Source: Lingula anatina (taxonomy: Eukaryota > Animalia > Brachiopoda). Taken from it: a stretch of DNA of 64,000 nt. Below the pieces are notes generated by a model. It searched no databases and was not told the DNA's origin. It was given only the letters and a program-made list of their open reading frames with translations. Position 1 is the stretch's first letter, and every line of letters begins with the position of its first letter. A program made the translations under genes and the position numbers. Shown here piece by piece: positions 40,230-52,688 of the stretch. The stretch lies in NCBI GenBank assembly GCA_051362555.1, contig JBPQGU010000016.1, positions 930,001 to 994,000 on the forward strand. The letters run 5' to 3'.

Positions 40230-43200
40230 ATGTCCCAAGAACAACTGATTCCTCTCACAGAGGAAAGCATTTTCAGTCATTTCTCCGAAGAAGACCGTAC
40301 GTTGCTGTTGTCGGATACCCTCACCGGTCGCTGGTGGTATGAAGGATTTACCTTATTACTGAGGTGCTTTCGTGAAGACAGTGCTTTAACTTTGGCTGGA
40401 AGACAGGAGATTAAAAAACGCTGGGTTGATGTCCTTAAAAACAGGCTAGCGATATCTAGACGACTACCCTTAGTTGATTTAAACAAGGTTAGTACACTGT
40501 ACTTGAACATATGGTATCTACGAAACAGAAGGCATGTTTTGTTGACATCATTGTTCAAAATGCTCTCTTTTTTATATCTCTTTTAATATTTGTCTGTGTC
40601 TTTCGGTAAGTCATCATATTGAAACTAAGTGCAATTCCTACTACCTGTAAAGTTTTAGACCCAGAGGCAATTCAACCTGTAGACTACTGGTCAATTGAAA
40701 ATAATCGGCCTCAACTTTGAAGAGGACAGTCTGCTTTGTGCGTGACTTATTTATCTCAATCTGGTAGACGGATACAGTGTTGAACAAAAGCGGCGTTTTA
40801 ATCGATTACACAACATTAGATAATAATATGATACATTTATTGTAAGTCTAAAACCCATAAAATACAGGGTTACTACTTAATATGGAATATTATTTTTTGG
40901 CGAGTAAATTTTCTACAAAGTATTTATGTTCTCTCTTACTCTTTTAAATCCAAAACTGAGGTGTCACTTTATGTGTAGCCAGGTGTGTTACCTAATTACC
41001 ATGCTACTTTCGAAACAACTAATGTAAGCAGTTGCATGTTCTGTGGTCAGAAATGTGAGGGGTGGTCTTTTAGGCAATTTCTGCCCTTGTATAAAAACGC
41101 ATGGGTTTGGTCAATCTTTGGAGTGTATTTAGAGAAGCAACAAAGGGATCGCTCTGAAACTTGTCAGGTACCTTAGAGAAGATATGGTTCGACAGCTAAG
41201 CAACGCAGCTTACTATGGGATTCTTGGTCTCAGAGAAAATGGCTAGAAACGGACAGCCATTGCCAGACAACTCAACATTTTTCAGGAACCGTTAGTAAAG
41301 TCCTCCAAACAAATGCTACAACAGGGGCATCTACTCCAATACTTCCACCAGGGTGTCCGCGTACCACACCAAGAAGACAGGATCGCCTTCTCCTTAGAGT
41401 GCGCCGTGCTGGTCGTACAAAGGCAACCAGTGTCCTCAAAAAAAGAGTGGCAGAATGCCTTTCAAACGCCCGTTTCAAGGTCCCTTGTAAACAAGAGATT
41501 ACAGCAAGCCGGTTATTTTGCACGAAGGCCAGTAGGGAAACCACTGTTATCAGCAGGTCATACACAGCGACGTCTGCAATGGGCTGGGGACCACGTGCGT
41601 TTGCAGCCAAAACACTGGAATCACGTCGTTTTCAGTGATGAGGCCAGATATGGAATTTAGGGGGTTGACTGTCGAATCCGTCCCGCCGACGTGTACGAGG
41701 GGCATAAAACGATGATTGTGTACTACCTTGGGTGCAAGCAGGGGGTGGTAACGTCTCTGTTTAGGGAGCATTTCATGCCCAGAACCAGTTGGTTTTTCTA
41801 GGAGGCAACCTCAACCAGGGTTCCTATAGAGACATTCTACAGCAAACAATGCTTCGATTTGAAAGAGTCATCTTCAGGAACAACTTTGTGTACCAAGACG
41901 ACTGTGCAACCCCACATCGAGCTCGCAGAATCACTGTTTTTCTTCAAAACCAATGGGTTCAGCAACTGCCCTGGCCTGCAAACTTCCCAGTAATGAACCC
42001 AATTGAAAATCTGTGGGCGGAAGAAACTCAGATAATTAATAGCTATGGTCATCGGCCGGTAAATAGTGATGAAATGCGACAGGCAAATATCACTGCGTGG
42101 AATGATATCCCCATCCAAACTCTAAAAAACTTGTCACAGGGTATGGCATTTAGGATGAGGGCGCTGCAAGCGGCTGCTGGAGGTCATCTCCGCTATTGAT
42201 GACTTTTCATGATTTACTGTAATGATTTCGTTGACTGTGTAACATATCACTGTCCGGAGGCTATCATTTTCTTTCATATCTTAGCTTAAAGTTAATACTG
42301 ACATCAAACTGTTGATATGGTTTTCTGGGGGTGTTCTTTTCTTTTGAATGACTCTTACGTTAGATTTGATATTATTGACCAAAATATCTCACAATAGAAG
42401 ACTGGGTATTTTTCTCACTCAGTGATATACTTTTATGATGAATCAAGCCAAAATATATAATCAGCACTCAAAAATAACAATGATAAAAAATATTCCATAT
42501 TAAGTAGTAACCCTGTATGTTATGTAGACTTAACAATTTAAAAACTAAAAAACAAAGTTAAGATGAATTGAATTAATAAAATATGACCTAAGAGTTTGAG
42601 GTAAGATAATGATGTTCAGTTAATATTTCCGAGTTATAAAATGATCTTTAATAAAATTTGTTAAAAAGGTATGTTTTTAAAGCTTTTTTTTTAAATCCTT
42701 CACTGAGCTAATGCTTCTCAAGTCCACAGGAAATTTATTCCACTCATGTGGTGCCGCGTACTGGAATGATTTTTCGCCAAAAGATTGTGTTAATAGTCTC
42801 GACACCCAAGTTTGAAACCTATCATTTATTATGAATCCCTCACGAAAAAGTCCTATAGGATCCTATAGGAAATTGGCCCAATTCGTAAGGGATGGCCTTC
42901 ACTGCAGGATACGTTTAAATGCCCAGTTAACATTGCATGACCTCATGGTTCAGCTGGTAATGGCTTGACAGTGTAACCGCTACCTCATATGGCCCTGATA
43001 TTTCTGTTGTGGGTGTTCTATGTATCTTTTTTAGAGAAAGTCATTTTATGCCCCGCATATTCAATTCATTTTAATGTAGATGTAGGCCTACATGGTGAAT
43101 ACGGGTCCAATCGGTTGTAATGTGTTTCCATTATATGTGTTTGTTATCTGAGTGAACTAGGTTATTGCCCTTGCACTATGGTGTCTGTATGTGTTTGCAA

Positions 43201-46200
43201 TATAATATTTGAAAAAAATATTTTACAAAAAAAAAAAAAAAAAAAAAAAAAAGGGTTTGGTGTTGCTTGTTTGGAAGTAAGAATACCCCACTCTCCAGGT
43301 TTCAGAAGATTATTTACGCAAGATGATTTTTTTCCTATTTATTTATTTATTTTTTGGTTCAACGTTGTTTCAACGTTAAAACAACATAATTGGCCCGCTG
43401 GGATACTAATACAAAAAAGTATTTTGCCATCGGAATGCCCTGCTGCAATAGGAAACTGTCTTTAGTTCCAAGCACCCGCACTAAGTAATGCAAAGATACA
43501 ACAAGTAGGGTAAAACATCGCAGCAGACAAACGACATTGATTCACGGTTGAATCAACGTTAATTTTGGTGGATCAACGTTGAATCAACGTAGAATCAATG
43601 TCGTTTGCCTGCTGGGATGGTGGTGCCTAGGACGCATTGCCCAGTCATAGAAAGTGATTTAAGGTAATACGCCATATTTAGTTCAAGCTACAGACTTGAC
43701 ATTTAATATGGAATATTTTTTCCAAATCATAAATAATCAGTTTTTTTCCTATTTTGCGGACGGATAAATGAAAATAAGAATTAAAATCGTGTTTTAATAA
43801 CTTTTGATAATCTGTTAGATGTCATTGTGACATCAGTTCATTAATTGAATTCGCCAGTGAAGCAAACAAAAATGCATTGCCTATTTCAAGTCAAACGCCA
43901 ACCATTGAAAGCGATATTTTGGATCTCCATATTTTCCAAATCATCATCTTTAAAAGAGTTACACGCCCCACAAAGGCCCCTCATGTCAGTGTCTAGTCAC
44001 AGCAACAGTCGCTGTTATGCCTGACCTCATCTTCCTGGTACCAGAGCTTTCAAGCGGCAAGGCATTCCTTAGGATAGGTTTTTAGAATTTAATCTGGAAT
44101 AAAATTCCAGGCAACGGTTAAAACTTGTCCAATTTGGTTCAGTTTTGTTGTAGGAGATGCAGGCCGTTGATTCGGCGACTAATGGCCTACCCACATATTA
44201 ACTATGTGGTTTCAATTATGGCGATTTTGATGACCGAGGTAGCTGTTCGCTCCCTTGGTTCTGTAAGTTATCTGCTATTTAAATTGCTCTGTGTGAACCG
44301 ACAATCTCATCGTGCAACCTAAAATTGTTCCTAAGGTGCCCCCTATCAAATGATAGTCAAGTGGTTCCCAGATTATTCCTTTATTTTATTTGGTTCAAGT
44401 TTTCATCGATGACTTCCATTGGTGTTTTGGCACCAATGTGGTATCCACTCCAAATATTGACGCTGTCAATGATCCTAGTCACTTCAAAAGCGGCACACGC
44501 CTTGTCGTAGACCTCTTCAGGATGTCTGTAAACTCTGTTTTGACCATACAGTTGAAATCTGACCTCAATAAAGAAAAACACGAGGTTTCAATGTTCTACC
44601 AAGAAACGGTCATGGTCCCACGATTCATTAGAGAAACAGACTACTCTGTTTTGCTGTTTACAGTGGCTCATTTCTCTAACAAAGACCATGTGTTGCCGTT
44701 GTCGGATACTCTCACCGGCCGCTGGTGGTATGAAGGACTTACCTTATTACTGAGGTGCAGTACAGTATACAGTATATATATTTTTTCAGATCCCAATCAG
44801 ACGACCGATTTTCATAATCGGTCCTCCGCGCACCGGAACTACTTTCCTCCATAAGCTCTTATTCTCCGATCCGCACAACACATGCCTGAAGTTTTATGAG
44901 CTCCTGCAACCAGTTGTAGATGCCAATACCGTTGTCGAGGACCCACGAATTTTGAAAACTACACAAAGAATAGGTAAACCACATTACAATGATATTGCCG
45001 CTCAATGAGTCTTAAGAATTCCCTATTGTAAGAGTATTAAATAATGAGATTGTACTCCAAAATACCTTCTTTAGAACTATTTTTTTAAAATAAACATTCA
45101 ATACAGAGTGAAAAAATATTTGTTTTAGCCGAGCTATATGCCAGCATACCGGTTTTGGAAACCATGCACAAGGAGGAGGCTATCGGTCCGGAAGAAGATT
45201 ATGCTCTATTTGATAACATTGGTTTGTTTAAAGAAAAAATTGTCCAAGGCAACAATTGCATAGAGTATTTAAAATGGTTGGAGGCTCGGACCAACGATGA
45301 AATGGTTGAAGTTTATCGTTTCCACAAGCAGCAAAGTCAGCTCATACTTCACAGCAGAGGTGAGTCTTCAATTGGTTTTACCTCACAAATAATTGATTCC
45401 CTAAACGTAAAGAGACGAAATACGTTTAAGTATATAAACCACATCTCTCATTCTCATTCCATTTCCATCTCAAACCCTTAAGGAACCGTAGACCTGATTT
45501 TCGCGCCAATTCTTGATTGTCCTCGGTAAAAAATACAAATCATTATTAGACCATTCCCTACACTTTCGATAGAAGTATTCTACCATTTTTCATTAAATAA
45601 GTGGGCTATTAACGAACCATTATTCATTTGTCTTGATCTGCCATATTTTGTCTGAAATTACAGAAGAAAAATCGAAATTGGTACTTTTATTTCGGTGGTT
45701 TCTCATTTTGAAAGTTTGAATTAAAAAGGAAAATAAAATTGCAGGATATGTAGACGTGAACGTAAAATTTAGGGAAAATTTCAAACTAGAATAGTTTGCA
45801 TAATAATTACGAGAATACGGCATTATTCTTGAAACATTAATACCCATTTCTCAATTTTTGTTGCGGGATTTAAATAGGTTGTCGATTTGTTTTTAGGAGC
45901 CGTGAACAGTGATCGGCAAATGGTTTTTAAAGATAATTTCCACAGTCTGTATTTGGATGCCCTACTTAAGGTGTATCCTGAAGCAATCTTCATTCACACC
46001 TACCGCAATCCGAGCACATCCGTAGCTTCCCTGTGTTCCGTCTTCGAAGCATTGAAACTTCTTCTCTATAAAGAACATGGCATCGACTTAAAACAACTTG
46101 GCAGGGAGGTATTAAACTGGTCATTTTTTCATGGTGGAATAGAAATGATGAATTTTCGGAAGAACCACCCAGACCTGGAGCACAGATTCATCGACATTGC

Positions 46201-46429
46201 GTTTGACGACCTCGTTATATCACCTATGGATGCTGTGAAGAAAATATACTATCACTTTGACCTGGAACTGACCGACCAAGGGAAAGACAACATGGAGGCG
46301 TACGTCAAGGAAAATCCACAAAACAAATATGGCCGCCACAATTACGACCTGAAGCGTTATCACCTGACAGAAGAGGAAGTTTTGGAGCACTTTAAAGAAT
46401 ATGTGGAGAAGTTCAAAATTTCTTGTTGA
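40230..46429 (+). CDS. Sulfotransferase copy E; exons 40230-40487, 44790-44973, 45129-45359, 45897-46429
   Basis: PSB loop RPIFIIGPPRTGTTFLH and HTYRNP; exons of 258, 184 and 231 nt with canonical splice sites and an open frame; head-to-head with copy D. Confidence 0.88.
40865..42515 (+). mobile_element. Tc1/mariner transposon with a defective transposase
   Basis: TIRs cagggttactacttaatatggaatatt and aatattccatattaagtagtaaccctg, each flanked by TA. Motifs VVFSDE, YQDD and WPANFPVMNPIENLW are present, with frameshifts and stops. Confidence 0.93.
43519..43616. mobile_element. About 100-bp palindromic MITE (CCCAG...CTGGG ends) nested in another repeat
   Basis: cagcagacaaacgacattgattc pairs with gaatcaatgtcgtttgcctgctg; flanked by an AT duplication; absent from the homologous repeat near 28960; second copy at 63081-63178. 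Confidence 0.75.
43700..44650 (-). mobile_element. Degenerate Tc1-like remnant
   Basis: ORF fragment GQNRVYRHPEEVYDKAC...SVNIWSG...IDENLNQ; reverse complement of the remnant at 25.2-26.2 kb; duplicated at about 63260-64000. Confidence 0.65.
44663..44758 (+). pseudogene. Orphan fragment of sulfotransferase exon 1 inside intron 1 of copy E
   Basis: Translates HFSNKDHVLPLSDTLTGRWWYEGLTLLLRC, ending about 30 bp before exon 2. Confidence 0.8.
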
Positions 46430-48152
46430 TTATAATTAATTAACTTTTATTACACTTCGTATAGTTGGAATTTTTTAGGTAACGGTACGTTAATAATTAA
46501 TACCACTTTTTGCTTTAAAGCGTAAGCTTTCCTATACCTTTTTCATAAGTTTATTAGGTGTCATAGTGCCGATAAATATACCATTTTAATCAAAAGCATT
46601 GATACCATTAAAAAGATAACAACCATTTGTTTGGGATTAATATTTAACAATAAAACATTGTAAAGACCTTGTTGAAATATAATATGTTCCATTTTACCAC
46701 CAAAACAGCACTTATCATAATTATATATCATGGAATATGTGCTTGCCATCGGACCACGGCTACACCTTTTTATATAGTAGATTGTTACACAAAATAACTT
46801 GTGTTTAATCATGTTAAATATGGTGTCTGGAATAAAAAGCACTGTTTATTAAAACATTCACATGTGATGTGATCATTTGTAAATTAAAGCACATGGAATC
46901 AGGGGTGGGACAATCTTTTTGACCAATGTTGAACACCGTATTTTACCACCAAATCTAATTTTATTCGAGAAAAGAACAATTTTCTCCTACTCTTCGACCT
47001 TTGCTTACTTAATCCAGCATGGAGAGTGACAAATTTCTCGTGTCCTATCACGAAATTAGCTGGGGTCATCTGAGATGGTGTGCATTTTTTGGCTGAAGAC
47101 AATGTTATCTTTAAATTATAAAACCGCTTGCTAGAAAGATACGGAATCGTATAAACCCCATTCGTCTGACCCAGTGGGATTGAGTTTTGAATCCCTACAC
47201 AATCTTTCCACCCAGACAGTACTGCTTGTTAAATTTATCAGTATAAGCTTTGAAACAAAAACATTGGAAATACCTTGACAAGCCTTAATCATGCATACGC
47301 CAGCATTTCCTGAAAATCAGTTGTCATTAACAGACAGTACGTGATGCAATTGCCATGCATGGTGACTTAAATGGGTTTCTGTGTTTCACATTCAGCTCTT
47401 CAGACACATTGACTCAGTTTCAGGATACGCCTTGGACTAAACCCCATTCAATACGAATAAAAGGCTGGCACAGGTATTAGAGATACAGAAGTAGGTGTTT
47501 TACCTTTCGTGCTAACAGTTCCGCATAATGTCCCAAGAACAACCGATTCCTCTTACAGAGGAAAGCATTTTCAGTCATTTCTCTGACAAAGACCGTGAGT
47601 TGCTGTTGTCGAATACCCTCACCGGTCGCTGGTGGTATGAAGGATTTACCTTATTATTGAGGTGCTTTCGTGAAGACAAAACTATAACTTTGACAGGAAG
47701 ACAGGAGATTGAAAAACTCTTGGTTGACGTCCTTGAAAACAGACTAGCGATATTTAGACGACTGCCCTCAGTTGACTTAAACAAGGTTAGTACACTGTAC
47801 ATGTACTGTATATATGGTATCTATACGGTACATAAGGTATGTTTTTTTGACACATATAGGTAGGACAAAAGTGGCGGTTCAGTCGATTGGGCAACAAAAC
47901 GTGTGTCGACACTTTAGTTTTGGACCTATAATTTGTTATTGATGGTCTTCACTGCAGGATACGTTCAAATGCCCAATAAACATCAACCTCGTGGCTCAGC
48001 TGGTGATTACTGTAATTATACTTGAATACGAAATTGTCAGTCGGATATCAGTAGGGGTGGGCAAATGACAATTAAAAAAAAACAGGTGGATCCTATGGCC
48101 ATTTTTGCTGCTGAACACAAATCTGACAATTTTTTTTACCAAATATATGCTA

Positions 48153-48632
48153 CTATGTTCTTTTAAAATCGATCACTTATTCTAAAGTATATCGTTTTAT
48201 AGTGCAAAAGGTAAATTGCTAGGACCCAACGAGAGATCGCATTCGTTCTGGTGACTGCTTAAACAGGGGGCAAGGTCGTTGTCGTGATGGACTGACGTGC
48301 CTCATCCGGAATTCGAACTCGTGACTTCTCGTTACCATGGTTGGTGACGCTTTGTATTGTTTTTTTTTGCATCCAAGCACGCTACCGACTGCGCCGTGAC
48401 TGACCCGCCCACCCTCCGTAGATACGAGTTTTCTCTTCTAGTAATCAAAAGCAAATTTTACAGATTAGTTTTAGGAAAAAAAAACATTAGAGGCATTTTG
48501 CTGGGTCTCGAACCAGTGGACAAGGATACAGTCATGCACAAGTCAACGGGGTTACCACGGAGCCACAGACGCTTCGTTGGTGAGTGGTGGATCAAATGGG
48601 AATATTCTAGCTTGTCAGGGAGAGGGCCAGTT
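48153..48632 (-). repeat. About 480-bp direct repeat containing a tRNA-derived SINE-like head (copy 1)
   Basis: Minus-strand A-box-like ggcgcagtcggtagcg and B-box-like gagttcgaattcc; second copy at 50018-50491. Confidence 0.65.
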
Positions 48633-48753
48633 TGGATGTACATGCGTATATTTTTGCTATTTCAATCGATAATCCGGGTGCCCTAGTTCAACCCGGGCAA
48701 CCCCAGTCCTCGACCAAGGTTTTTCATGCCCGTTAAGTTCATGCTTTTTTGAT

Positions 48754-49153
48754 TTCATTGTTTGTTGTCCTTTGTCACGACTCTGTGTGTGCGCGTGACG
48801 TTGTATATGTGCGCACGCATGTTTATACGTCGCTCATTCTTCTTTGTTACGTTAAAATGATACATACGTTACCGATATATACGTTACCGTGATCCGTGTA
48901 AATATTTATTTATTTTATTTACATTGGTTTGTCTTTCGTTTTGTGGGCCAACACTTTAAGGCAGAAGTGTTTTGTGCCCACAAAACAAAAGACAACCTAT
49001 GTAAATAGAATAAATGTATATTTACACGCTTCATGGTAACGTATGTATCATAATAACGTAACAAAGAAGAATGAGCGACGTATATACATGCGTGCGCACA
49101 TGTACAACGTCGCACGCATCCACAGTGTATCACCAAAAGACAACAAAGAATGA
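48754..49153. mobile_element. Foldback (long imperfect palindrome) element
   Basis: atgtgcgcacgcatgtttatacgtcgctcattcttctttgttacgtta pairs with taacgtaacaaagaagaatgagcgacgtatatacatgcgtgcgcacat; pairing continues toward a centre near 48960. Confidence 0.75.
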
Positions 49154-50017
49154 AAACAGAAAACAATACCTTCACGTTTTTTGTTTACGTATTTATTGAT
49201 AACGTAGACCTATCCATTATATAAACAATTTCAACAAACTTTTTCAAGACAAGTAATCTTTACTTGCCCTGCTTTTTCATTTTATTGTCTTGTTCTATAC
49301 CGTAAGAAAATGCGTTTGCTCACAAAACGGATAATGAGCGTATATTGTAATTAAAACGTTCAAATGTGCAGAAAACTGGTGTGTTATCCATTCAAGCAAT
49401 TGCGTCGATGCGAATTTCGAGTAAAACATATTTGGCAAATAATTCCGCCCAGAAGATTTTTTTTTTGGGGGTGAACGCGGTTAACAGGTGGTATGACGTG
49501 TTGTTATACCTGAAGCTACTGAATCAATTCAAGGTCGATCGGTTGGTGGTATGACGTGCTGTTATACCTGAAGCTACTGAATCAATACAAGGTCGATCGG
49601 TTTCATTGCTTATCCGCTGGAAATGTTCCTAGTTATATGAGTTCAGATGTTTTTAGTTTCATTTTACTTTGGAACGAGATCCACAGCTGTTCACACCTTG
49701 GCGGTTTCAGATTTGAGTAGATTTTACTCTTTCATTGTTGACTGTGGAGTTGCCCCGGGTACTGAATGAACATATGAACCGTCTCGAGAAGCATGGACCC
49801 AAGATAGGAAGGGGGTGCATAAAAAGACAAAACGTAGTTTACAACTGGTAAAAGCAATAGCGGCGGGGCGACATTTGTAAAAAACGGATGACAGGATAGG
49901 CTCTATACGGGGTTAGGAATAGCTCAATGCAAGTTTGATCGGTGGCGTAGCTGGAAAAAGATAGAGCTCAATGACCATGCCCACGTCATATTATTGACGG
50001 CGCAGACTTTATGCTAA

Positions 50018-50491
50018 TATGTTCTTTTTACATCGGTCACGTATTCTAAATTATATCGTTTTATTGTGTAAAAGGTAAATTGTTAGGACCCACGAGAGCC
50101 CTCATTCGTTCTGGTGACCGCCCGATAGGGGGGCAAGGTCGTTGTCGTGATGGACTGACGTGCCTCCACCGGGATTCGAACTCGTGACTTCTCGTTACCA
50201 TGGTTGGTGACGCTTTCTATTGTTTTTTGCATCCAAGCACGCTACCTACTGCGCCGTGACTGACCCGCCCACCCTCCGTAGGTACGAATTTCCTCTTATA
50301 GTAATCAAAAGCAAATTTTACAGATTACTTGTAGGAAAAAAATATTAGAATCATTTTGCTGGGTCTCGAACCAGCGGACAAGGATAGACTCACGCACAAG
50401 GCAACGGAGTTACCACAGAGCCACAGAAGCTTCGTTGGTGAGCGGTGGATCAAATGGAAACTTTCTACCTTGTCAGGGAGAGGGCCAGTTT
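50018..50491 (-). repeat. About 480-bp direct repeat with SINE-like head (copy 2)
   Basis: Collinear with 48153-48632; B-box gagttcgaatcccgg on the minus strand. Confidence 0.65.
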
Positions 50492-51569
50492 CAGACCATC
50501 TGCAAAACAAATACGGCCAGCATACGTATGATTTGAAACGCTATCATCTGACAGAGGAAGAAGTGTTGGAATATTTAAAAGAATTTGCGGAGTTTTGCAG
50601 ACCTCAGTAATGAAATTGACCCTGTGGAATGTTTTTTATCCTGCTGTTATCAGACAGTTGGGATCCACAACAATTTCAAATTTCAATGAATTTTTCTGTT
50701 GATTGAAGCAATTCAATATATGCATGGGTTATCATTATATACTTCATTATTCATTTATTTCATACACTCATGCCAGAAAAAAAAAGATTAAATCAAGTTA
50801 CAAAGATATGGAGTAAATAAAGACAAGGACACACGCGATCCCAACCATACAGAAATAAAATGATACTCCAATAATGTTTCGTCTTTTGATAACTTTTTGC
50901 ATAGCTGATTTTAAGTTATAAAGCATTCACTTACAGCGTAAATTTGGATCTCCATATTTTACTAGTTACCAACTGTTAAAGAGTTACACGCAACACAAAG
51001 GGCATTAATTTCACATTGCATGTCTTATCACAGAACACGTCATTGGTGTGGTTCTGGTCCCATGTTGCTGCCACCAGCTCTCTAAACCGTTGTGACAGGC
51101 ATAGTAGTCCTAAGAATGGTGGTCCGGGGTCCCACAGCATTAGTACAGGTTAGGGTTGGTCGTAGTATTGGGGTTAATATATGGGACGAATTTTACCAGT
51201 GCAAAGTAATGGGGAACAGCTTTCAGCTTAAAGCAGACTACTATTCCTGTCACATAAACAGATGTAGGACCCAACTTATAGGTATTTGCGTTGTAAGAGA
51301 CTTGCTTGGTTGGCTATTTGATGCAAATTTCTCTTGGTGTACGTTCTATAGATGCGATATGTACATGTACAGCGTACTAACCTTTTATATGTCAGTTGAC
51401 AGCAGTCAATTAGATGTCGCAAGTCTGTTTTAATTTAAGCGTAAGATAATAAATTAGCATGAGAATTTATACTCCTGCACATTTAAGCACAGGGTGCGAT
51501 AGTTTAAATTACCAACATAAAGTTACCTTCAAAATTCCAACTCTGACGACTGATAAAAGTTAACACTGA

Positions 51570-52616
51570 TTATGAACATGGTATTTTGTACTCCTCCACA
51601 TATCCTTTAAAGTGCTCCAAAACTTCTTCTTCTGTCAGGTGATAACGCTTCAGGTCGTACTTGTGGTGGCCATATTTGTTTTGTGGATTTTCCTTCACAT
51701 ACGCCTCCATGTTGTCTTTCCCTTGGTCGGTCAGTTCCAGGCCAAAGTTATCGTATATTTTCTTCACAACATCCATGGGTGATGTAGTAAGGTCGTCATA
51801 TGCAATGTCGATGAATCTGTGCTCCAGCTCTGGGTGTTGTTTTCTAAAATCCATCATCTCTTTTGTACAGTTGAGGTTTGTAGTCTTTAAAACCTTTCTG
51901 CCAATTTGCGTTACGTCGACATCATGTTCCTCAGAAGAAGGCGGCATGAGCTTTTCACGAAGAGAACACAAGGAAGCAACGGTGGAGCATGGATTGCGGT
52001 AGGTGTGAACGAAAATTGCATCTGGATACACCTTTAGTAGGACATCCAAATATAGACTGTGGAAATTCTCTTTAAACACCATTCGCAGATCACCGTTCGG
52101 AGATTCTGAAGCCAAAACAACAATTTCTTTTAATCCTGCCGTCTAATTCAGTTTTAAGTCTTATCCAGGTAAACATTTGCTCAAAACTGGCATCATGTTC
52201 TTCTTATTTGAGGCATACTATTTGCATTTTTATATGACTAGATGTCTTGCAAAGGCAAGTGTTTTTCTAAATTCAGACATCAAAAAGATAAAAATCGTCA
52301 TTAAAATGTATCTAATGTGAAATCAGGCAGACTGTTGAAATTTAAATGACGTAAGTGCTGGGACGGGTTCAAATGTCTTTCCTCAATTGACACTTTTCAT
52401 GACAAAAAAACATCTAAGTATCCATTTAGGTTTGAAATGGCATGAGAGTGAGATATGTGGTGTACATACCCAATTATATTAGAGAATAAGAAATACACAT
52501 TTGAACTGTTTTGTTGGCGGCCATATTTGATTCTAATTTGATTTTAAACAATAATGTTGTGGTCATAGACTGATTTCTATTGCATGAATGGACTGAAATA
52601 TGGGTATAAGACAAGA

Positions 52617-52688
<72 letters not shown>

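Larger units (their letters stand above)
37178..44439 (+). repeat. Segmental duplication, copy 1 (matches about 55265-64000)
   Basis: Collinear, near-identical sequence including microsatellites, the minisatellite, exon 1 of copies E/H and the Tc1 element; differs by substitutions and indels. Confidence 0.95.
47528..50610 (+). pseudogene. Sulfotransferase copy F, internally deleted (exon 1 at 47528-47785 plus the 3' tip of exon 4 at about 50496-50610)
   Basis: Exon 1 is intact with its donor; no exon 2 or 3 found; QNKYGQHTYDLKRYHLTEEEVLEYLKEF is fused directly to a repeat. Confidence 0.8.

Noticed and set aside
48290-48400. tRNA gene
   Set aside because: A and B boxes are present, but the spacing is too long and no cloverleaf is evident; more consistent with a SINE-like repeat.
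48153-50491. LTR retrotransposon
   Set aside because: The direct repeats lack TG...CA ends, a PBS/PPT and any internal gag/pol sequence.
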